Assembly: GCA_000934665.2 (NCBI GenBank)
Contig: KZ539131.1
Location: 1-32,519, forward strand
From: Catajapyx aquilonaris
Taxonomy: Eukaryota
Reading direction: 5' to 3'
DNA: 32,519 nucleotides
Under the pieces are notes generated by a model. That model was not told the DNA's origin. It saw nothing but the letters and a program-made list of their open reading frames with translations, and did no database searches. The position numbers were made by a program, and so were the translations under genes. This document shows positions 12,592 to 23,100 of this stretch, one piece after another; position 1 is the first letter of the stretch, and the number at the start of each line of letters is the position of its first letter.

Positions 12592-13028
12592 CAGGGTGTA
12601 TCAAAACTCTACCGTAAGCCATATGCCAATGGCGTAATGGTCAGCAGATGATCATATACAGTATCGGAATCATAGGCCTGGGCCGCCGCATAACCGAGAT
12701 AATTGACCTCAACCAATAGGTATAAAATATCCTGGCAGGTATGCAAACCTTCAGCCACCAATCGCATCACAGGTGATGTCACAGCTATTTTCTGGGGGGC
12801 TACTGCCACACTGCTATTGGGGTAGTCACTAAGGGCTCTTAGAATGCAGTTCCCCCCAGATGCACTGCTATTCTACAATCACGCTTAAGCGCAATCGCTA
12901 CTTCGCAAATGATCAATTATCTACGTAATGTGGCTGCCTAGAGATGATGACCCCTCTACATATAATGATGCTCTGGTGCCCCTTATGCCATTGGTACATG
13001 GCTTACGGTAGAGTTTTGATACACCCTG
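12592..13028. mobile_element. Tc1/mariner-like MITE (CAGGGTG termini, TA TSD)
   Basis: TA|CAGGGTGTATCAAAACTCTACCGTAAGCCAT...ATGGCTTACGGTAGAGTTTTGATACACCCTG|TA. Confidence 0.88.
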
Positions 13029-13085
13029 TATGTACTGTAAGTTACAGTACAGTAGTGTATAATTTAAAAATACAGGTTCCAAGTA

Positions 13086-13692
13086 CAGTAGAACCCCGAT
13101 TATCCATCACCCACGGGACTGGGACATCATCAGATAACCGAAAAGGTTGGATAATCCAAGGAGCAAAGGAAACTTTAGTGAAACACAACAAAAAACATGA
13201 AATCATGAACTAATGTACAATATTACAATTTTCTGAGAAATAGTGAAGTAGGCCTATTTATCTTTCACATACACACTCAGCTGTTTAAAATGTATCTAAG
13301 TCAATACAAAACAAATGCTTAGTAGGCCTGCATTACAGTATTTGATGAGAAAACAAAGGACATGGGATGCATCATATGGGAAAAGTTATGCCAGTTGGAT
13401 TCGGCTGAAACTTGGGTCAGTTGATACATCTTGATCTCTGGGTGAATTGTTCTGAAGGCCGAAGAAAATCTACAATATGTGTCAATTTCACGAAAATTGG
13501 ACAACTTTGAAAATATAACTTTGAGCGCCTCTAGCAGTCAAGCAGCATGGTAGATTTTCTTTGGCCTTCAGAACAATTGACCCTGAGGTCAAGATGTATC
13601 AACTGACCAAGTTTCAGCCTAATCCAACTGACGTAACTTTTCCCATGTCCTTTATTGCTGGAGCAGGATGGTCGGAAAATGGGGTTCTACTG
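13086..13692. mobile_element. pogo/Tigger-like MITE, TA TSD
   Basis: TA|CAGTAGAACCCCGATTATCC...GGAAAATGGGGTTCTACTG|TA. Confidence 0.75.
13357..13651. mobile_element. Nested palindromic MITE, Kolobok-like (AGG termini)
   Basis: AGGACATGGGA...TCCCATGTCCT termini; ~100-bp arms (13376-13473 vs 13550-13646). TSD degenerate. Confidence 0.65.
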
Positions 13693-13953
13693 TAACATAA
13701 AATTTGACTTATACAGGGTGTTCCAAATATCTGGGTCACTTTTGGATAACTGCTATAGCCCAATAGCAGTTATTTTTTGTAGCTTGTAGTGCCCCGATTT
13801 AGTTGCCCCATTCTATAGCACCTGCTACATTCGACCCCCTCCACACTTGTTTGAAAATCATTCTCCTGTAACAGGAGAATGATTTCCAAACAGGTGATAG
13901 CAGTTATCCAGATCCTTCCACTGCACCAGAATATCAGCCACCCCTGCATCTCC

Positions 13954-14186
13954 TCAGGGCTTGCTGTCCACCTTTTCCCCTGCTTCTTTGTCACTGGCCT
14001 TCCTGGGTGGCATCAGCCCCATTTTCTTCAGCTCACTGAGCAGGCCTGGGCAGTCAATGACATACACGCCATCCAAAATGCCTTTCACAAAAAACTCCAG
14101 ACCACACTTTGGTGCAGCAAGTGTTTCAGAAAGGAACTTGATGAGGGGATCATTTGGGGAATAATTTGGCTCCACATCTTCGAAAC
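13954..14186 (-). CDS. Exon F: terminal coding exon (end of Tudor 4 region and stop)
   Basis: Acceptor GTGTTTATAG|GT (phase 1, gives Gly); open frame to TGA at 13956-13954. Confidence 0.75.
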
Positions 14187-17100
14187 CTATAAACACAACA
14201 ATAGTGTTTAACAATTGTGTTTAAACAACAGTGAGTGAAGTTGTGCAGAATCCATCATTGAAACTATGACTTTTCACATGCAAAAGTGCAAAACATTAAA
14301 CTACAACCTACCATGAAGGATGCAGATGGTTCCACATGGCACAATGATAAAGTCAGGGTTCATTTTCCTGATCTTCTTCACATGAACTGTTGCTAGGCCG
14401 CCAAAGTCAATGGACAAGATGTTGTAGATAGGCTTAGTCGAGTCATGAGCTAAGCAGACACCTCTGTAGAGGGAATTGTCTTCACCCACATAGAGGCAGA
14501 GTTCCCCTACTACAGGGGAATAATGTGGCGTCTTGTCAAAGAAGGCATCCTTGTAGGCCTGGAGATCCTTCTCCATAAACTGCATCATTTCCAAGTCCTC
14601 TGGATTTGTAGGCAAGGGAACTATTTGCGCTGGATTGTCAACCAACTTGAAATTCAAAGTTACACTCTTGCCTACAGGCAATGGGAACGATGGGCAGTCA
14701 CTTAAAAATTGCTTCTTCATGAAGTCTGAAAAAAAAATACACAGAATAAGCACTACTTTCAAGGGGTTGCAAGAAATTATAAAGCTAGAATTAGAAAGAT
14801 AATGGGTTGGTTTACGTATTTTTCATTAGCAGGGCCTTAGTAGTTCTGATACTTATCAGCTGCTAAGTTTCTGCCATGCTTACTGCTAAATTTGCATTTT
14901 TCATCATATTCTTATTCACTTTTTGTAAGAAGCAGCTCAGGACCTGGGTAGGAGACAGGGTGCTTTGGTGCTGGCACAGTGTGTTAGGAAGGGTAGCACC
15001 TGCTCATGTAAACATGCAAAACTTTTTTATTATTTTATTTTATTTATTTATTTACTGTACCCCATTATCGGGCCCTGGGCCCTTGTTAGGGGAGTGGGAC
15101 ACCACCATGCTTGGAATCATACATAATGTGTGTTTTAATTGTTGCAAGGGTAAGTAGGACGGGATGTGCAAAGTGCAAGTGGAATGTCGTATATTGGTCA
15201 TTTTGTGATTAGTCTAGCGGAAATTTCCACCCGAGACGAAGCCAGAGATGGCCCAACTCTGCACGAGATGAAGGGGGGAACCCCGGGCTGGGATCGAACC
15301 CGGGACCTTAACATCCATGGGCGCATGCGTTACCGCAGAACCACTCCGCCTCCCAACATGCAAAACTTAAAGAATTTTCACTCACTTGCTGGAAGGGGGT
15401 CTTCACTAGTCTTTCTCTCCTGTATTAGACGCTTCCACTGTGGAAGGGTATCAGCTGAAAACTTTTTGTTAACATTCTTCCCATCAGCATCATAAAGTGT
15501 GACAGTCAGAGGCTCCAGGGCATTGACATTACATGTCAGCAGCTTGCCCTTATACACGCATGCAATTATCTCTAGTTTCTTCTTGTCCAGAGAAGGAGGC
15601 ACATCAAGAAGGCGAACCAGCTCCCCAAAAGGTGGAACATCCATAAACTGCTTCGAAAGCTTAGCAAGTCTGGAGAGAGAAGTGGTCAGGCAGCTGCCAG
15701 TGTCAACCAGCTTAACTTCCACCTCCTGGCCACCACTTGACACAGATTTAACTGCAGCACGATAGTACCCCTCTGGCAAGATTTGGCAGGCTACTACATC
15801 ATCCACTTCTGGTACCACCTCTAGAGCTGCAGCTCCTTTAGCTAAGAAATATGAGGTTAACAAGATGTTAATGAAGTACATCATGTAGATTGTAGAATAC
15901 AGGCTGTTGCATTGCAGAATACTAACCTCCATGAATGTCTGCATTGATAGCATCATTCATGTCTTCCAACTTATTCCAGGCTGACTCCGTAATAAGGTAG
16001 ACTGTGTTAGAACGCTCAAAGCAGGTGAGGCGAACCTGGTCTCCACTGTTCACAGCCACTCTTTGTGTTGGGGATGCTCCCTGAGCAGCGGGCAATGCAG
16101 ATAATCCCTTCGCAGGTGGTTCTGCAGATTCCACCAAGCCAGTCCATGGGGTCAAGGCAGCATTCACCTCATGGTCCCCATCAGTCAGAACACACTTGAT
16201 CTTTCCCTGTGGCCCTCCAGTCTTTGTTACCTTGACATTAATCATCCCAGCCTTCAACCATGGGGCCTCTCCAGACACGACGCACTCAACACCAAGCCCT
16301 GGTATATCCTGGTACTTTTGAGGCAGGTCTGCCACCACCTCCACCTCCTCTTCATTACAGTAGTCAATGTAGATGACATTTAGGAGCTTCCCTGATGACC
16401 TGATGACAAATGCACGATTCCAGTGGTACACTGGTGACTTTGCAAACACCACTTCCCCACGCTGCGGCTGTTGCTTGCATAAATTATGGGATAACATTTC
16501 TATCTCAATAATGGCGGTGGTAACATCTACTGAGGGACTAATAGTAGCCATGAACCTGGAACTTGCAGGCTCTTCTGATAGAGCTATGTTAAATGTATCG
16601 TCAGGCTTTAATTCTGAAAGATAGGTCCCTTGAGCAGGGTATGCATTCTTTTTTGGAATTGATGGCGAGGTCTTTAGGAAAGCTGCAGGTTTTTGCACAG
16701 GTGGCAGGACAGACTTCGGCAAAGGTGAAGTTGCTGGCTTTTGCTCTAATTTAGGTAATATGCCCATTATATCATCACCAACTTCCACATCAAAGGTAGC
16801 CTGGGCATGGCCATTCTTAATCATCACATCTGCAGCACTCATTCCAGCTGAGTTGAACAAGTTAATGATGGCCTTTCCTCGTCTCTGTAAAATTATTATA
16901 CAGAATCATCAGTCAGAAATTTCATCTCAATACTTAAAATACATGACTGAAGGTGCATTTACATGTGAGCAATTTGACGAGCGAAATCTTCGCTGAGGTC
17001 TCGGCGAAGATTTCGCTCGTCCCCCGGCACCATTTTGGTTGGAATAATTAAACACTAATTGAGGCGCCTTCTTCCAAAACCCGACAAATCCAATTTCCAA

Positions 17101-20100
17101 AAAAAATTAGTTAAGGGCGGAAATATGTTCTTCAAGATGTTTCATCACGTAACGACAAATTATTCAGCAAACATCGACAAATGCGGCTGTAATGGCCTGA
17201 AGAAAAGTGGCCGATAATGCAAAACCCGACAAATGCAGGCAGGAAGTTCATATTCTATGTTTCTAAAACCGACAAATCCACCGAATCATCCATAACCCGA
17301 CAAATGCAGCGTGAACAGCTCTAGTTGGCATGGGATATCTTTCGTACTCAGACAAATCCATCTCTTAGCTACACATGGCACCACAGTGAGTCACGCTTCC
17401 TCCCGTACGTGTTCTTTGTCAAGACAGTCAGACTACATAGGTGCTTGCTCCAAGATGGACGTGCCGGACGAACCCGTGGCGGGACCCAGGTAAATGAAGA
17501 CTCTATACATACCGAAGCAGGTTGGTGTAGGGGTTAAGGAGCCAGACTGCTAATCGGGAGGTCCTGGGATCAAATCCCCGGGCCGGCAACTCTGACCGTG
17601 GTTTTCTGTGGTTTCCCACGGTCCCTCCAGGAAAATTCCGGAGTTGTTTCCGTAATTAACAGGCCACAGCCGCTTCCTTCCTTCCCTATCCCTTCCCAAA
17701 AAGCGAAGCAAAAAGTAAAAAGACAAGAGTTCCTGACAAAAAAAAAAAAAATTGGGATGAACTCCCCCCCTAAGAGAGCCAATGGCTCTATCACGGGGTA
17801 AATTATAAATTATAATTATAATTGTAAAAAAAAAAGAAGACTCTATACATAAAAATACCAGTTATGCTGGTAATGCTGTTATGATACGTGACTGAAATAT
17901 TCCCAATGATTATCATAATCACTCCGACTCCACCACTTCAGCCACGACCCTGAAGCTTATGTTCCTGTATTGGAGTCACCACTGGGTTTTCAAATTTCCT
18001 CAATGTTGCAAAAACCGCCAAATCCACTCTCTTTGCAGCAAACATCGATATATCCACAACGACGGAGTTTTTGAGCCATTGCCTTACCCGAGGGCCTGAG
18101 TTCTTTTTCCCCTTTTCTGGAAATTCGATGAAGAGTGATATTAATGAATAATAATCCGCGGACTGCCTGGATTACCCCGGATTACCTATAGTTCCATGAT
18201 CAAAATGACCATGTGACCCATTTTTGAGAGAGGCAGAGGTCAAATTCCAACCTCAGCGATTTTCTTGATATTCGATGCGGGACACATGGTCATTTTGATC
18301 AGCTAACTAGAGGTGCGTTTTTCATCCCTTGGCGTGGGCTACGAATGCACCGAATTTCAAGAACATCGGTAAGGTCGCAATTTTATGACCTCTGCCCCCC
18401 CCCCCCNTCAAAAATGGGTCACATGGTCATTTTAATCAGGTGACTATAGGTGCGTTTTTCATCCCTTGGGGTGGGCTACCAATGCACAGAATTTCAAGAA
18501 AATCAGTGAGGTTGGAATTTTATGAGTTGAAAAATGACTATGTTGGCAGGGCAAATCTCAAGACATCATATGATGTCCATAGTCGTCAAAGGGTTAAACA
18601 GACTTATATTTAAAGCGATTGAGTATTAAAAACTGAAAATACACTGGAATGTGTATAATATCGTATTTGGCAGTTCTTAGTGCTGTAGGTTGCTGCTGTG
18701 CTATCTATAATTATTATAGATAGCACAGCAGCAACCTGCAGCAATAAGAACTTCCAAATATGCTTACTAGAACGTCTCAAATGATGAGCATATGACCTCT
18801 ACATAAAATGATCTAGAATTAATATTTTCGAAAGTATAGATAAAAGTCTAGGTATCTGAGGCACACCTAATGCACTCTACAGCTGATGCACCCCACCTTC
18901 ATTAAAGCTGTTTTTTGAGGGCCCTGAATTTTTAAGAAAATTAACACTTAGGCAAAGATGTGTTTGAGAAATACACAATAGCATTTGGCTTTTGATTAAT
19001 TAGTTACTTGACACCGTTAATTCTCGTAAGCTTGGGGTCAAAAAAGACCCCATGACACTACTAGTAGTTAAGGGATAGATGAAGGATGAAAAGGCTTAGG
19101 CAGAGCATCACAACCCACATTAGGTCATTAACGAGCTCATTTGGCTGTTACAATAATGCAACTACTGTGCAGCAAAAAAAAACCTTCAAACAACATTCAC
19201 GTTTCATAGGGGGAGGTGCAGTGGCCGAGATCACGGCCTATTACTTAGGTCGCGCAACTCCCTCCCCCTGTGCGCGAGCCTAGTTGTGCATGGGCACCAC
19301 ACAAGCTGGTGATTTGGAGCTAGCGTCGTCCACGGAGCACAATGGTCCATGTTCGGGTGGCTGGCGGACAGTTCGATGCATGGATCCATGCACCATCTAT
19401 CCGTGGTTCGTTCGATCGGGTTGGATCCATCCACTGGTTCGATGACTGGGGACGTTTACGTCTGCCAGTCTGGCCACCTTATTTGAAGATTTGAATCGGA
19501 TTGAAGCACGGCCTTGGATAATAATATCCTTTCGAATTGCCGGTTTGGGTTGGTTCAGGAAAGCGTCCGCCCGAATGTGACTTCAAAGTGTTGTGCTCTG
19601 AGGAGTGACGCCAGTGCCAAATAGAACATTCTCCCATGGGGGGGAGCGCAACTAAGCTCACGCTCTTCCCCGTAGAGCGAGATAGGTGTTGCTGGGGGCT
19701 GGCCGAGATGGTAACGTCTCGGCTTGCTGAGCGAAAGGTCACAGATTCGATCCCCGCCTGGGAGTTCCCTTTCGCCCGCGTCAGGAGGGTCTCTGACCCG
19801 CACCTTGGAGGTGTCTGGCAACCTAACCTCCTGGGGACTGCACATGACCCCACAGCATGACATTGCACTTGCACCTGTGTCTCCTCCCCAACAAATCCCT
19901 ATCCCCAACAAGTGTCCTTTCTTTCCTGCATGGTGTTTGAAGTCAGAAAATTGGAATGAAAATGGTGGTGTTCCACCCCCCTCCATTATAGGTCATGTAC
20001 CTGCCAGGATGGGAACCAACTAAATAATAAATAATAAATAATAAATAATAAATAATAATATTTTTAAAAACAATTCAAGTTTCATGAGGTTGAGATCATC

Positions 20101-23100
20101 GGGAAACATCTTTTTAAAATGAGGGAACTTCCCCTTGGCTCTAAATACAAAATATTATTCATGGGCACAAGAAAAATGAAGAGTTGCAATGTCATGCTTT
20201 GAGGTTTCTGACATTCAACAGAATGCATCTCCAAGCAGCTTTTCAGTGACTTATCTTGTAGGGATTACCCCACCTCCAGGAGAGAAAAAAACCAAGTCTG
20301 CATAATTTCAATGTGCTCAATAAAATCTATAAATTCAAAATCCTTGCACAGTTTGACCGAGCCCTCTGATTGGTCTGCCGCATATTGTTGCCACCACAGC
20401 TTCCTATTGGCCTCCGTATTGTTGCCATGGCGCCTCCAATTGGGCCCTATTCCAAGCATGTGCAATGAGGGGTGTAACCCCTCAGTTGTCAGCTGACTAC
20501 CGATGAGTTAACAACACGGGTAGTCTCTCCCATCATCTCGGCCCTTCCCTGTTCCATCCATACCCGTCCCCTCAATTCGGTCACTGGGTATTAGGGTGGA
20601 GCGAAAAAAAACCATCTTGGAATTTGCTGAAATATATCACAGCTGTACATGACTATGCCATAACACGTCACGTCAAGTTTCAGCCAAATTACGCAATAAC
20701 ATTGGGAGGAAAAAAATCGAGAAAGTTAGGAAAATAGTGAAAATCAGACCCTTTCGGATAATTTTTTCGGTTCGTGGAAGTGGTCAAACCCAAATAAGCA
20801 ATACATCAAATGAAACAGGATCACGAAGGGAATGCGTCTATGCAATTAGTTTTCCTCTGAAGTGTAACCAGAAAATGTCAAAATTCTTGGACATGTGACC
20901 GAGCGCGTGACTGATGGAATGCCCCGCACATTTTTCTGGTTACACTTTAGGGGAAAACTAATTGCATAGACGCATTCCCTTCGTGATCCTGTTTCATTTG
21001 ATGTATTGCTTATTGGGATTTGACCACTTCCACGAACCGGAAAAATTATCCGAAAGGGTCTGATTTTCACTATTTTCCTAAATTTCTCGATTTTTTTCTC
21101 CCAATGTTATTGCGTAATTTGGCTGATACTTGACGTGACGTGTTATCGAATAGTCATGCACAGCTGTGATATATTTCAGCAAATTCCAAGATGGTCTAGC
21201 AACATTTCGGCTTACTTGATTTGGAATGACCCATATGCACTATTTCAAGGAATTTGGTTTTTTGACTGCAACTGCCCCAAGGTCAAAAACAAACACCAGA
21301 CAAAATGAATGGTCAATTATGACTTACCAGTGACCTAACCAACATGGAAATAGCGATGAATTTCCATGGACGAAAATCGTGTTGCATAATGTAATATGTG
21401 TTGTTCTCGCGAAAATGGCGAAACTTGAAGGCTCTGTCGACAAATGAAGCGGATGAAGTACGAAAATTCTAAAAAAATTCACCAGTGTTATACTGTCTTG
21501 TCCATACACAACTTTTGACACCCCGCGCGATTGAATCGGACAACTTTGGTTTTTTTCGCTCCACCCTACTGGGTATCGAAAAAATGATCGTATGCGCGAG
21601 TGTAGAAATGTATGGCCTTTCTCATGTTACCATAATTGATTGGACTGCTTTAGAACTAATGGCCTAGCCACGATTCGGATGTGAAGGTTTCTTTTTTTCC
21701 GTTCGATTCGCTGGCAGAGTCACCAAAAGACGACAAGTGTGGGAGGGTGCCTCGAAGACCCTAATTCCCACCTGTGACAGCACTGCGCCAATTTAGAATT
21801 TCTTGTGCCCGCACACCGGTGGTCCGAAGTCGACGAGTCATTATCGCCTATCTCTACAGCCTTGGAAGGTTCAGTGGCGGATCTACGGGGGGGTGGGGGT
21901 GTGATCACACCCCCCCCCCCCCCCCCCCCCCTTTGTCCGATGTGCTTACAGAGTTTTAAAACATTTTCCCCTGCGGCGGGCTTATTTGGTTTGGGGNNNN
22001 NNNNNNNNNNNNNNNNNNNNNNNNNGGGGGGGGGCGATTGAAAACACTAGTGAATAAGATCGTATATGTCCAGGCTTGATCCTGAGGCCATCTATGTGAC
22101 CCTCCTCTCATGCGTACGCAGTGGAAACTCTCATATGCATAACAAGGTGGCGCGGAGGCGTATGTTTCGCGCCTACTCCAATTTTTTGTCCCTCTGCCTG
22201 CTTGACAAAAAATTAACGTTATGTAGCCTTGGCACCTCTGAACAAAGCAGTACATAAGCACATAGCATGAATTACGGCATAGGCCTGCCAAGCCAGTTGT
22301 GTTGATAAACACACAACCACTCACGAACGTAAACATCACAGCAGTTCATAAACAGAGCCGGCATGCGCCTGCATCAAGACAGAGGGCGGGCAGTAGGTGC
22401 GCAGAAGGCCGCCAGCTGCTAATTGGCATTTACGAACATTATTTATTTTAAAACTATCGAATCATCTTTTGCACTAATTTTAGGGTGGAATCTCTTGAGG
22501 AGGTTTGGGGGCAACTATGTATGCCAAAAATTTGCCGGTCAAGGTGTGTTTTTTTTTCTTTCAGCGGCCGCAAGAAGATGATTTCATTCGAGTTAATCTG
22601 GTTAATCCGGTTTATTTATGCACGATTTTGTAGTGCAAAATCGCGATTTTTTTACGCGAAAGAAAATTTAAAAAGCCACACAGAAACCACGTTACATAGT
22701 GGGAAAACGCTATAGTTTCGCCAGCAGAATTTTTTAAAGCCACTGTCACAGCATGTGATGCCCGTCTTATTAGGGTTAAAACAGAGGAAGGGGATGGGGG
22801 GAAGGAGAAGGCAGGGAGTTTGCCAATGGTTGTTGGATGGGCATCATCACTGACTAAGTCTGAATCGATTTGGCATAACAACACGACATAGAAATAGGCG
22901 AGTGACGTGAGGGTTTTTCAAGACTGCTTTTTAAAGCTGTTACCTACAAACGTTTAGGGCAGCAGCATACATACACAGGCAACATTAACAAATCTTCAGA
23001 AATAATAGCTGCAAAGAGGAGTTGTAATAATTCTGAGGCAAAAACTTACCACAGCAATACATTCTACTTTCAAGCCACCCTGCTTTGCCAAGTCATCAAG

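Noticed and set aside
17082..17305. CRISPR-like repeat/spacer appearance (also 10597-10967)
   Set aside because: Repeats are only 8-13 bp with irregular spacing, there are no cas genes, and the context is eukaryotic.
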